Shown here: positions 1 to 9,803 of the stretch, piece after piece
Layout: the number at the start of each line of letters is the position of its first letter
Position numbering within the stretch: position 1 is the stretch's first letter
Virus record (IMG/VR): IMGVR_UViG_3300011339_000109
Location: 1 to 28,153 of that record
Strand: one strand, 5' to 3'
Length of the DNA stretch: 28,153 nucleotides
From: a virus
Lineage: Duplodnaviria; Caudoviricetes
Program-made: the position numbers and the translations under genes
The notes under the pieces: generated by a model
The model's database searches: none
What the model was told of the DNA's origin: nothing
Seen by the model: the letters and a program-made list of their open reading frames with translations, nothing else

Positions 1-9
1 TAGCCCTAG

Positions 10-25
10 TGTGATGTGGGTCACA
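10..25. promoter_or_regulatory. CRP/FNR-family (CRP/GlxR-type) operator-like palindrome
   Basis: TGTGA-tgtggg-TCACA is an exact TGTGA-N6-TCACA, flanked by CTAG on both sides (6-9, 27-30). Confidence 0.5.
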
Positions 26-46
26 CCTAGTAATGCTGAGAGTTTC

Positions 47-85
47 CTGAGAAATAATTGTGTGCCCGCTGAGAAATAATTGTGT
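47..85. repeat. 17-bp direct repeat, two copies, 22-bp period
   Basis: CTGAGAAATAATTGTGT occurs at 47-63 and 69-85. Confidence 0.85.
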
Positions 86-229
86 CGGGTAGATAGTCGG
101 TACATAGATAAATACATAAATCACTAAGCAGACTTATAGATTTATCGACAATTCACACCAACCATAACCCTATACTAGAGACTTAGACACTTTGACCCCA
201 GATTGTTTAATACGAGTGCTGGGGTCGGA

Positions 230-440
230 TATAGTATCCCATAAAAAATTTCTGTTATATTATATCAGTAGCCCCCCTATATATAGCCCTGACCAGGGCT
301 TTTAAAAATATATTCATTCTGGTTGTTCGCTTTTACGATTTGAACAGGTTATCTTATATGTATAGAAATACATATACGGAGTCGCTCCGTTTAAGACTCC
401 GCGACTCCTATATATTATATAATATATTATAATATGGGGA
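230..440 (+). promoter_or_regulatory. AT-rich non-coding control region upstream of terminase (late promoter and/or packaging site)
   Basis: Long TA runs, TATAAT at 418-423 and 428-433, and inverted repeats AGCCCTG/CAGGGCT (285-300) and GGAGTCGC/GCGACTCC (378-408). No clear -35 element. Confidence 0.4.
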
Positions 441-494
441 AGTTCTGCCGTTAATCGGCTAGCGTTAAATGACTGTAAATGATGGGGACAACTG

Positions 495-2363
495 ATGGGT
501 AGAAAACCTGGGATTCAGAATATCCCTAAGCGCGAGGCGCAAGAGAAGGCCCTGCAGCAACTGAGTCAGGGTAGCACTATTACCCAGGCTATGGCCTCTG
601 TAGGCCGCTCAGATGTAGCCTTCCGCCAGTGGTCAGCAACTGACCCTGAGTTCAAAGCCCGTGCCGAGGCTGCCCGCCTCGAGGGTAAAGGCATTAAGAC
701 TGACCTAAAGGAACTAGGCGATATATCCTTCCCCGACTTCTCTGAGCAGTTCTTGGACACCAAACTCTTTGACCATCACCTTGACTGGGTAGATTTGATT
801 GAGGGCCGCGAGCCTCGCTGGTTAGACCCAGCCATGACCTACGAGCCAGGGGCTGCCAACCGTGTCCTGATTAACGTGCCACCTGAGCACGCCAAGTCCA
901 CAGTCATCACGACTAACTACGTCGTCTACAAAATTGTGACTAACCCCAACGCTCGAGTCATCATTGTTTCCAAGACTCAAGGTATGGCTCGTAAGTTCCT
1001 TGGGGCAATCAAAACTAGACTTTCCCACCCAGCCTTCACCAAGTTACAAGTGGCCTTCGGCCCCAACGGTGGATACAAGGCGGATTCAACACAATGGTCT
1101 GCCGACATGATTTACTTAGGTACAGGCCGCGACTCTGGCGAAAAGGACCCTACGGTCCAGGCCCTAGGTATGGGCTCCCAGATTTACGGTGCACGTGCTG
1201 ACCTAATCATCATCGACGATGCTGTCATGGGCTCCAACGCTCACGAGTGGGAAAAGCAGCTCGAGTGGATTCAAAAGGAAGTTATTACACGTCTTGGACG
1301 ACATGGTAAACTAATCATCGTTGGCACTCGAGTTGCACCAATTGACCTGTATAAGATGCTACGTGACCCTCAACAGTGGTCTGGTGGCAAATCCCCCTTT
1401 ACTTATTTTGCAATGCCTGCCGTACTTCAGTTTGACGAGAAGCCTGAAAACTGGAAGACGCTGTGGCCTAAGACCACACTGCAGGAGAACGAGATTGATG
1501 AGCCTGACGAAAATGGACTTTATCCGAAATGGGATGGACCCTCGCTCTTTACGCGCCGCTCTGAAGTGGCGGCATCTGTCTGGGCTATGGTCTACCAACA
1601 AGAAGACGTCCAGTCCGATTCTATATTCTCGCCAACAGCAGTTGCAGGATGTGTCAACGGTATGCGAAAGCGTGGACCGCTTAAACCAGGTGCTCCAGGG
1701 CACCCGTCCAGAGCAGGCTCGACCTACACAGTAATTGGTTTTGACCCAGCCGTATCTGGTCGTTCAGCATTTGTTGCCGTAACTCTTAACCGAGATGACA
1801 GCACAATCTACGTACTTGACTGCGTCAACATGGCAGACCCTACTCCCCAAAAGGAAAACGCTCTGATTCGTGAGTGGGTTGAGAAGTATAGCCCTCAAGA
1901 GTTTCGTGTTGAGATTAACGCACACCAGAAGTACTACGCTATGGACACTGACCTGCGTAACTATCTGGCCAGCTACGGCTGTCAGCTTAACTCACACTTT
2001 ACTGGCAAAAATAAGTGGGACACATCTTTTGGTGTAGCATCTATGTCTAGCCTTTTTGGTACTATTCATGATGGACGTTACCAAGACAATGGACTTATTG
2101 AACTACCAAGCAACGAAGGCTCTGAGGGACTTAAGTCTCTTGTACAGCAACTAATTACTTGGAAGCCAGATACTAAGAATCCAACTGACTGTGTTATGGC
2201 TTTATGGTTTGCTATCATTCGCATACGTGAATTGATGCAGCAAGGCAGTAAGGTCGGTCAGTTTCAAAATAATCGCTGGGCAACCAGAGCACAAAAACAA
2301 CAACGCATGTCACTCAACCTTGACGAGGCTTTCGCCGAGCAATGGGTTGATACTTACGGATAA
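495..2363 (+). CDS. terL: Terminase large subunit with N-terminal HTH extension
   Basis: Walker A-like VPPEHAKST, Walker B LIIIDD, coupling motif IVGTR, RNase H-like nuclease IGFDPA and C-terminal TDCVMAL; directly upstream of the portal. Confidence 0.93.
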   Translation: MGRKPGIQNIPKREAQEKALQQLSQGSTITQAMASVGRSDVAFRQWSATDPEFKARAEAARLEGKGIKTDLKELGDISFPDFSEQFLDTKLFDHHLDWVDLIEGREPRWLDPAMTYEPGAANRVLINVPPEHAKSTVITTNYVVYKIVTNPNARVIIVSKTQGMARKFLGAIKTRLSHPAFTKLQVAFGPNGGYKADSTQWSADMIYLGTGRDSGEKDPTVQALGMGSQIYGARADLIIIDDAVMGSNAHEWEKQLEWIQKEVITRLGRHGKLIIVGTRVAPIDLYKMLRDPQQWSGGKSPFTYFAMPAVLQFDEKPENWKTLWPKTTLQENEIDEPDENGLYPKWDGPSLFTRRSEVAASVWAMVYQQEDVQSDSIFSPTAVAGCVNGMRKRGPLKPGAPGHPSRAGSTYTVIGFDPAVSGRSAFVAVTLNRDDSTIYVLDCVNMADPTPQKENALIREWVEKYSPQEFRVEINAHQKYYAMDTDLRNYLASYGCQLNSHFTGKNKWDTSFGVASMSSLFGTIHDGRYQDNGLIELPSNEGSEGLKSLVQQLITWKPDTKNPTDCVMALWFAIIRIRELMQQGSKVGQFQNNRWATRAQKQQRMSLNLDEAFAEQWVDTYG

Positions 2364-2371
2364 GGATAACA

Positions 2372-4138
2372 ATGGCATTATCAATGGAACAAGTTGCGGC
2401 AAGAGTCGAGAACCTTCGCTTCCGCAACGCTGAACGCGATGGTCGTAACCTCGACGTTCTTGCAGTCCGCAAGGGTAACATTGCATCTGTCTATCCTGAC
2501 TTCTTTCCAGATGGCGTAGATGCTAACGTAGTTGCAAACTTCATCGACATTGTCGCACGTGACTTGTCAGAAGTTATGGCACCACTACCTGCAGTAAACT
2601 GCTCAGCAGCCAACTCAGTTTCAGATAGAGCACGTCAGTTTGCTGACAAGCGTACACGTATTGCCTCTAACTACTTTGCACACGCAGACCTCTCTGTGCA
2701 AATGTACCAAGGTGCTGACTGGTACCTAACCTACGGTTTCCTCCCATTCTTTATTGAATTGGATGAGGAAGCAAAGATGCCACGCATCCGCCTAGAAAAC
2801 CCTGTGGGTGCTTACCCAGAATTCGACCGCTACGGACGCTGCATTGCCTTTGCAAAACGCTACCTCATGTCATTGGCTGAGTTAGTCGCATTGTTCCCTG
2901 AGTACGAATACTCCTTGCTAGGTGGCCACGGTTACCGCCAGGATTTAAATACTCAAGTAGAAATGATTCGCTACTTCGACAAAGACCAGTCTATCATCTA
3001 CATCCCTACAAAGGACAACCTAGTACTATCACGTGCTAAGAATCCATTGGGCAAGATGATGATTGTAGTAGCACGCAAGCCATCTATTGATGATGAACTA
3101 CGTGGACAGTTTGATGATATTCTTGGCATCCAACTTCTCCGCAACCGCTTTGCGTTGCTTGCTATGGAAGCTGCAGAAAAGTCTGTACAGTCTCCTATCG
3201 TACTACCTCAGGATGTACAGGAGTTGCAACTTGGTGGAGATGCTGTTATTCGCACAGCTAACCCAGCAGGCGTACGCCGTGTTGAGCTTAACATTCCAGC
3301 GGGTGCATTCACTGAGCAGACACTACTCAATCAAGAACTGCGTGTTGGTGCACGCTACCCTGAATCACGTACAGGAAATGTTAACGCATCAGTTGTTACT
3401 GGCCAAGGTGTGCAGGCTCTTATGGGAGCATTTGATACACAGGTTAAGTCAGCGCAAGCAATCTTTGCATCTGCTCTACGCGATGTAATTAGCATTTGCT
3501 TTGAAGTTGACGAGAAAATATTCCCTGAAGAAAAAACAATCCGTGGCGTTGACTCAGGTTCACCATATGAAATTACATACTCTCCTAAGAAGGACATCAA
3601 GGGCGACTTCTCAGCCGATGTTCGTTATGGAATGCTTGCTGGTCTTAACCCAGCACAGGGACTTATCTTTATGCTACAAGCACTTGGTGGTGGACTCATC
3701 TCCAAGGATATGGCAATGCGTGAACTTCCATTCACAGTTAACGTCACTCAAGAACTAGAAAAGATTGAAATCGAGAATATGCGTCAGTCATTACTCGGTT
3801 CCATTACTGCACTCGCTCAAGCGATACCACAGATGGCAACACAAGGCCAGGACGCTTCTGAAGTAGTGCGACAGATTGCTGCTGTCATTAAGGCACGCCA
3901 AAAGGGACAGGCACTTGAGGACGTCATTGAAGAAGTCTTTGCGCCACAGCAGCAACCAGTTCCTCCTGCTGGAGCCCAACAAGCGGTTGAGCAACCGTCC
4001 CCTGTTCCCGCTGGTGTTCCAGCAGGAGGCGCTACCCCTCAAATTGAGGCAGCACCACCAGATATTATGAGTTTACTATCAGGCATTACTGGTGGAGGAA
4101 CACCAACAGCAAGCGTTCGTACAACACGACGTATGTAA
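2372..4138 (+). CDS. Portal protein
   Basis: 588 aa directly after terL, preceded by an AAGGA RBS; largely helical with a Gln/Pro-rich C-terminal tail as in podovirus-type portals. Confidence 0.85.
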   Translation: MALSMEQVAARVENLRFRNAERDGRNLDVLAVRKGNIASVYPDFFPDGVDANVVANFIDIVARDLSEVMAPLPAVNCSAANSVSDRARQFADKRTRIASNYFAHADLSVQMYQGADWYLTYGFLPFFIELDEEAKMPRIRLENPVGAYPEFDRYGRCIAFAKRYLMSLAELVALFPEYEYSLLGGHGYRQDLNTQVEMIRYFDKDQSIIYIPTKDNLVLSRAKNPLGKMMIVVARKPSIDDELRGQFDDILGIQLLRNRFALLAMEAAEKSVQSPIVLPQDVQELQLGGDAVIRTANPAGVRRVELNIPAGAFTEQTLLNQELRVGARYPESRTGNVNASVVTGQGVQALMGAFDTQVKSAQAIFASALRDVISICFEVDEKIFPEEKTIRGVDSGSPYEITYSPKKDIKGDFSADVRYGMLAGLNPAQGLIFMLQALGGGLISKDMAMRELPFTVNVTQELEKIEIENMRQSLLGSITALAQAIPQMATQGQDASEVVRQIAAVIKARQKGQALEDVIEEVFAPQQQPVPPAGAQQAVEQPSPVPAGVPAGGATPQIEAAPPDIMSLLSGITGGGTPTASVRTTRRM

Positions 4139-4152
4139 TTTAGGAGGGGACA

Positions 4153-4698
4153 ATGACAACAATCGTTGGTGTACAACTAGAACACGGCTGTGTCATTGTC
4201 AGCGATAGTAGAATCGCCGCAGGCGGTAAAGTTTATACACACACAGATATGGTAAAGGCAGTCGAACGTGGAAGCTACATTATTTCTGGTGCTGGTGACT
4301 ATCGTGCTCTACAAGTGGTACTCCACGGGTGGACGCCTCCACTAGTAACAGTCAAAGCAAAAGCAAACTTGTATGAATTTATGATTAACAAAATCATACC
4401 AAGTCTCAAGGCAACACTAACTGAGGCTGGTGTAGATTTAACTAAGTCATCAAATGACTCAGATGACAAGTTTGAATTGAGTTTATTAGTTGCGGTCAAT
4501 GGTATAATATTTGAAATTGACTCTGACTTTGCAGTTGGAATGAACAGTACAGGATTTTATGGTATTGGCTCAGGTGGCGACTACGCAGTAGGTGCACTAC
4601 ATGCTGGAGCAAGTACGCTAGATGCAATGAGAATTGCTTCATTAAACAATAACGAGACGGCTCCGCCGTTTCACATTCTTGAACAAGAAACTAAGTAG
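4153..4698 (+). CDS. Ntn-hydrolase of the proteasome beta-subunit/HslV type
   Basis: N-terminus M-TTIVGV (Thr1 nucleophile after Met removal), SDSR (Asp17), Lys near position 33-34, SGAG and GIGSGGDYAVGAL; strong RBS AGGAGG. Confidence 0.85.
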   Translation: MTTIVGVQLEHGCVIVSDSRIAAGGKVYTHTDMVKAVERGSYIISGAGDYRALQVVLHGWTPPLVTVKAKANLYEFMINKIIPSLKATLTEAGVDLTKSSNDSDDKFELSLLVAVNGIIFEIDSDFAVGMNSTGFYGIGSGGDYAVGALHAGASTLDAMRIASLNNNETAPPFHILEQETK

Positions 4699-4706
4699 GA
4701 GGAACA

Positions 4707-5156
4707 ATGGCTGAAAATCGTGGAGGGATGCGCCCAACAGCGCCGCAGAATAATCCTGCCAATGTTTCTGGTACAGGCGGAGCGGGTCAATCTGGTCGTT
4801 TAGCCTCAGGTTTTTCTTATGGCATGAACAAGCAAATCAATGAGCAGGCAGCAGCTGCTCCTCTAGCAAAGGCTGCAACTGCAGCAGCGCGTCCAATGGA
4901 TACAGCGCCATCAATGCCACCTGTTACACCTCTTACAGCACCAACTATGAACCCTGATGAGCCAGTTACAGCAGGCATCAACATGGGCGCAGGTCCTGGA
5001 GCAGAGGCACTTATGCTTCCAACCAACCAAGACAATGCTGCTGAATTCAATAAAAGCATTTCTTCATACTATCCAGTTTTAAGTTACGTAGCATCACGAC
5101 CAAACACTTCCCCTGAAACAAGGCGTGCACTAAGCATCTTGATGAATGGACTGTAA
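4707..5156 (+). CDS. Hypothetical Pro/Ala/Gly-rich virion-associated protein
   Basis: RBS AGGAGG; its stop overlaps the next start (TAATG); low-complexity sequence. Confidence 0.7.
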   Translation: MAENRGGMRPTAPQNNPANVSGTGGAGQSGRLASGFSYGMNKQINEQAAAAPLAKAATAAARPMDTAPSMPPVTPLTAPTMNPDEPVTAGINMGAGPGAEALMLPTNQDNAAEFNKSISSYYPVLSYVASRPNTSPETRRALSILMNGL

Positions 5157-8100
5157 TGAATATCTGGAACCGTATCGGTGACCTTGCAAAAGGAACCAGA
5201 GACTGGGGTTTGGATGTTGGCCTTGCAATTGCAGCACCTGCAAAATTTGCCTGGGACATAGCAACTGCTCCATGGAACGATAGAAAAGAATACGACTCTT
5301 TCCTTGGAGCTTTAAAGCAATCTACTATTGACCTTGGCAAAAATATTGCTCGACCAGTTGGTGGAGTTATTGCTGCAGTTGAAGCGACTAACCGCAACAT
5401 TTTGCGTGAGCCATTGTCTGCTGTAACTCTTTTCGCTCAACGCGATAAGGATATGGGCATAAGTGAGTCCTGGAAGAAAGCCTGGGAAGCACGTAACGAG
5501 ATTTCATTTGGTCAGGCATTGTCTACACAGTTTGGACAATCAGTTGGTGCTTTGCTGCCAGATGATTTAACTCCAAAGTTTATGGACTCAGACTTCGACA
5601 TCTATGATGAGAAGCAACGCAAGGCTGCATTTACTGACAGTCTTATGGGAAAGTTTACATCTGGTGGTATTGATACTATCACACAGTTTGCTGCAGACGT
5701 TTCTATTGTTGGCGGAAAGTTAATCGCAACAAAGACTGCTGCTGATTCTGCCAAGGATGCAATCATTGCGCTTCGTGAGGTTCGTGCTGGTATTCCTACA
5801 ACTAACAAGTTAGCAGAAAAGTACTCAGCATTAGCAGATGACTTTGCAAAGAATGACATTGCTTGGGCACAAAACCACCCTTGGGTTAAGGGTAGCAACA
5901 ATGAAGCAACTGTATCTTACTTGCTTGGAACTACCGCAACCAAAGAAGAAGCAATCAACACGATGCTTGCAGTTATGGGTGACAAGAGCGGTGTAGACCT
6001 TCTTGATGAATTGAAGCGTCCAGACATTGCAGCTCCTTTGCGTATTGCAAACGGCGAGATTTCGATGAGTGATTATAAGGTTCTTTTGAATGAAGAGTCG
6101 AAATTAATCAACGCAACAACTGATGATATGCTACAGTTTGCCTTGCGTACACCTGAAGAGATTCAGGCTGACCGTGATTTTATTGCAGCATGGGCTAAGC
6201 ATGACCGTTATGTAGACACTTTGCTTATGAATGTCGATGAACCTGCAATTACTGAGGGCATAGGAAATGTAAACGTAAGGGTTCCTTTCTTAGGAAATAT
6301 ATCATCCCAAACGGTTGCAAGAGAATTAGCTACAGCGCGTAGCCTACCATACCACTCAAACGCAGTAGCTGACGCAAAAGTTACAATGTACCAGCCAACA
6401 CCTTTCCACAAGTTGTACTACAAGGTATCATGGGGACAGCGCGAGCGTCCTTCAGGTGTAATTAACCTCAATGAGGGTGACTCAATCCGTGAAGTGACAG
6501 CAGTCACAGACCGTTTGATACAACTTTCAAAGCCTATCTCTAAAAATCCTGCAGCATTTATCACAAGAGCGCAGGAAGGTACCTTTACTCCTGCAAATGC
6601 TATGTCATACATTGAAAGATACGCACGTGCTACAACGCCAGAAGCCCGTGCACGTGTCATTAATGAACTAGAGCAGACAGGTTACAAGATTGTTGCTGCT
6701 AAGCATGGCATCGATGTAGAAGATGCACAAAAACTTTTTGATTACCACACACAATTGCGTTCAGGCAAGATGCGTGAAGCCAAAGAAGAAGGCTTTATGT
6801 ACGACCATGAACTCAATCAGATGGTTAAGGTACCGTTGTTTGAATCTCAGACAGCAAACTTCCTGCCGATTGCAGACTTTGACTCTATTGACTCAGTCAT
6901 CAACCGCAGTAAGAGCACAATTCGTGCAGTATCTGGTAGCACTAATGACCTTATCGCTGCAACCTCTGACTTGTGGAAGGCAGCTGTACTGCTTCGTCTA
7001 GGATATCCTATCCGTAACGCAGTTGATTCACAGCTACGTATCTGGGCCACAGTAGGCGCGATGGCTTCCCTTCGTCACGCTGGTGAAGGCGTCAAGGATT
7101 TGGTTAGCAATTCACGTGCTGCTAAGAATCGTCTGGTTGACAACTACAATGCTCCAGAAAAGCTGGACTATAAAAAGATTAAGAATGAGCTTCAGGCAAA
7201 TGGTGCAGAGATTGCACGTTTGACCAAGGAGATTGGCAGCTTAGAGTCACGTCTTGCACTAGACCCACAGAATCCTGACCTAATTGGCGAGTTGGTTGTT
7301 AAGAACAAGGCGCTTCAAGCAGCCAATGGCGTATATGAAGCAAACAACTCAACACTTACCAAGCTTGAGCAGTCAAAGGTAGCATCTCGCAAGAAGCGTA
7401 TCGGCGAGAAGGATATCGAATTAACTTCAACTGTTACTGGCCCAGATGGTGTCAAGTATACAGTATACGGTGCTTTTGGTGGACCTAACGGTGGTTTGTT
7501 CCGTGAACTGAACTCATCGCAGCAGACATTCTACTCATTGATTGAGGATTACTCTACAATCTATGGCTCTAACGTAGCAAGTAAGGGACGCGGAGCAGTC
7601 CGCCCTGGAGATGTTAACTATTACCAGGAGTGGACAAATGCTATCAATGAGACATTTGCAAATGCACAGGTTCCTCGTGGACTTATGGCTGGCAAGTCAG
7701 TTGATGAGGTAGCCAAGGAACTAGCAGACAATAAAGAACTACGTGCACGTCTAGGTATTGCACGTTCTGAGTCTTTAGAGTACGTAGTTACTGCACAGAA
7801 GTTCTTGGATAACTATATCCCTGATGGCTATGGTATTCGTGAGAAGATTATGTCAGCCCTTCCTGGTGAAGAAGGCGGTAAGGTTACAGAAGAGTTCTTG
7901 CGTAACGCAGTACGTGACCCAGAAGCACTTCCTATCGTGCATGGTCACTTGCTAGAAGCTAACATGAATCTAAAGCCACGTGCTATTTCACGTCAGATTA
8001 CTAGTTCTTTGTTTAAGTATCTAGCAACTATACCTGAAGATGCGTGGGCGCGGCACCCATTGTTTATTGATTTGTACGAGAAGTCACTGCAGAAGCGTCT

Positions 8101-9802
8101 TGAAACAGCAGAGTTTCTAAAGGGCGGCACATTTACTCGTGAAGAGTTTGCTGATATTCAGTATAAACTGACAGCAGGTGCACGTGCAGATGCGATGAAG
8201 GGTGTAAAGGGTATCCTTTATAACGTAGAACGTCGCACCAATGCAGCACATATGCTACGCTTTATCTCACCATTCTTCTCTGCACAAGAGAATGCAATCA
8301 AGACTTGGTTCAAGATTGGTCTAGATAAGCCACAGTTACTTAACCGTGCCAACATTGTATGGAATGCACCTAATCGTGCAGGTCTAATTACTGATGAAAA
8401 CGGTGAGCCAGTAGGCACAAGAGACCCATTGAACTCTAACGATACAATGTGGCTACCAGTTCCTAGCGCACTTAAGAAGCTTCCAGTCATTGGAGAGGGG
8501 CTATCATCCCTTGACCAGATTGGTATCAGTAAGCGAAGCCTAGATGTTATCTTCCAAGGTAACCCATTCGGCGTATCTGTTGGTCCATTTGCTGCTATTC
8601 CAGTAGCCAATGTATTGAAGTTAAAGCCAGAACTATCTGAGGTTGTATCATTTGCATTCCCATACGGACCTGATGCATCACTAAATCAGTTCTTCCCTAC
8701 ATGGATGCGTAATGGTTTGAAGGCTGTACAAGGCCTTAACAACGATGACTATGCCAAGACATACCAGCTTATCTGGTTAACAGAACAGCAGAAGGCACAA
8801 GAGGCTGGAACTCCGTACCTAACTGATGGTGAAATTAAGAAGAAGACTGATGCATTCTACAAGATGCGTGTAGCAGCCAACTTAATCCTACCATTCGCAC
8901 CACAGTTTGAAAGCCCGTACCGTCTATACATGGACAAGTGGCGTGAGTATAGCCAGACCTATGGTCTAGGTGCAGATGCTAAGTTCCTTGAGGACTACCC
9001 AGAGTACTTCGAGTTTGCTACATCCTTGTCTAAGAACCCTACAGGTTCTCAGGCTACAATGGATGATGTGCAGAATGCTAAGCGCTACACTGACTTAATC
9101 GCTGATGTATCTGGCGATAACATGAAGTTAGTCGGTCTTATTACACAGGGTTCTAATGCTGCTAAGTATAACCCTACAGCATACTGGTGGCAGTCAGAGA
9201 CTTCAATCTCTGCAGGAACACCTGAGAAGTTCCGTGGTAAGCAAGACCCTAAGGAAGCACAGCAGGCTAATGCCGCTCGTGAAGGTTGGGCTAAGTACCG
9301 TAGAGCAATGGCAGTTATCGACGCACATATGGAGAACCGTGGCTTAACATCACTGACTCAGAGTGGCGCAGAAGACTTACTGGCTGCAAAGCAGGCTGTT
9401 ATTCAGTCATTAGCATCTGATATTGACCCAGTAACTAAGCAACCTACTGGTGTTGCCAGTGCCTGGTACCAAGACTACAAGGATATTGACGGCACAAAGA
9501 CTACTAAGACTATTGCTGGATTCAAGAAGATTCTAGCAAATGATAAGTTCATGGCAGATAACGGTGATGACCCTACATGGAAGTCACTATCTTTGTACAT
9601 GAGAATCAGAGATAGTATATCTGAGAGTCTTGCTGGACGTCCATCTAAGAACATTGATGCTAAGGAGAATGCTGACATACGTATGGTACTTGATTACTAT
9701 GTTAATCAACTCAAGGCTGGAGACCTAGAGTTCGCTAACATCTATGACAGATTCTTATCACAAGATATTATCTACGACAAATACCTAGGTTCAGGACTAT
9801 AA
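5156..9802 (+). CDS. Very large (1548 aa) probable internal virion/DNA-ejection protein
   Basis: Long, mostly helical ORF with a central coiled-coil segment and no tape-measure-style periodic repeats. Function inferred from size and context. Confidence 0.6.
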   Translation: MNIWNRIGDLAKGTRDWGLDVGLAIAAPAKFAWDIATAPWNDRKEYDSFLGALKQSTIDLGKNIARPVGGVIAAVEATNRNILREPLSAVTLFAQRDKDMGISESWKKAWEARNEISFGQALSTQFGQSVGALLPDDLTPKFMDSDFDIYDEKQRKAAFTDSLMGKFTSGGIDTITQFAADVSIVGGKLIATKTAADSAKDAIIALREVRAGIPTTNKLAEKYSALADDFAKNDIAWAQNHPWVKGSNNEATVSYLLGTTATKEEAINTMLAVMGDKSGVDLLDELKRPDIAAPLRIANGEISMSDYKVLLNEESKLINATTDDMLQFALRTPEEIQADRDFIAAWAKHDRYVDTLLMNVDEPAITEGIGNVNVRVPFLGNISSQTVARELATARSLPYHSNAVADAKVTMYQPTPFHKLYYKVSWGQRERPSGVINLNEGDSIREVTAVTDRLIQLSKPISKNPAAFITRAQEGTFTPANAMSYIERYARATTPEARARVINELEQTGYKIVAAKHGIDVEDAQKLFDYHTQLRSGKMREAKEEGFMYDHELNQMVKVPLFESQTANFLPIADFDSIDSVINRSKSTIRAVSGSTNDLIAATSDLWKAAVLLRLGYPIRNAVDSQLRIWATVGAMASLRHAGEGVKDLVSNSRAAKNRLVDNYNAPEKLDYKKIKNELQANGAEIARLTKEIGSLESRLALDPQNPDLIGELVVKNKALQAANGVYEANNSTLTKLEQSKVASRKKRIGEKDIELTSTVTGPDGVKYTVYGAFGGPNGGLFRELNSSQQTFYSLIEDYSTIYGSNVASKGRGAVRPGDVNYYQEWTNAINETFANAQVPRGLMAGKSVDEVAKELADNKELRARLGIARSESLEYVVTAQKFLDNYIPDGYGIREKIMSALPGEEGGKVTEEFLRNAVRDPEALPIVHGHLLEANMNLKPRAISRQITSSLFKYLATIPEDAWARHPLFIDLYEKSLQKRLETAEFLKGGTFTREEFADIQYKLTAGARADAMKGVKGILYNVERRTNAAHMLRFISPFFSAQENAIKTWFKIGLDKPQLLNRANIVWNAPNRAGLITDENGEPVGTRDPLNSNDTMWLPVPSALKKLPVIGEGLSSLDQIGISKRSLDVIFQGNPFGVSVGPFAAIPVANVLKLKPELSEVVSFAFPYGPDASLNQFFPTWMRNGLKAVQGLNNDDYAKTYQLIWLTEQQKAQEAGTPYLTDGEIKKKTDAFYKMRVAANLILPFAPQFESPYRLYMDKWREYSQTYGLGADAKFLEDYPEYFEFATSLSKNPTGSQATMDDVQNAKRYTDLIADVSGDNMKLVGLITQGSNAAKYNPTAYWWQSETSISAGTPEKFRGKQDPKEAQQANAAREGWAKYRRAMAVIDAHMENRGLTSLTQSGAEDLLAAKQAVIQSLASDIDPVTKQPTGVASAWYQDYKDIDGTKTTKTIAGFKKILANDKFMADNGDDPTWKSLSLYMRIRDSISESLAGRPSKNIDAKENADIRMVLDYYVNQLKAGDLEFANIYDRFLSQDIIYDKYLGSGL

Positions 9803-9803
9803 C

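Noticed and set aside
47-85. Possible CRISPR mini-array
   Set aside because: Only two 17-bp copies with a 5-bp gap, so no spacer-sized interval. The Cas4-like gene at the far end is a common stand-alone phage nuclease.
5156-9802. Tape measure protein or virion RNA polymerase
   Set aside because: No periodic aromatic repeats, no upstream tail tube or chaperone pair, and no polymerase catalytic motif recognised.
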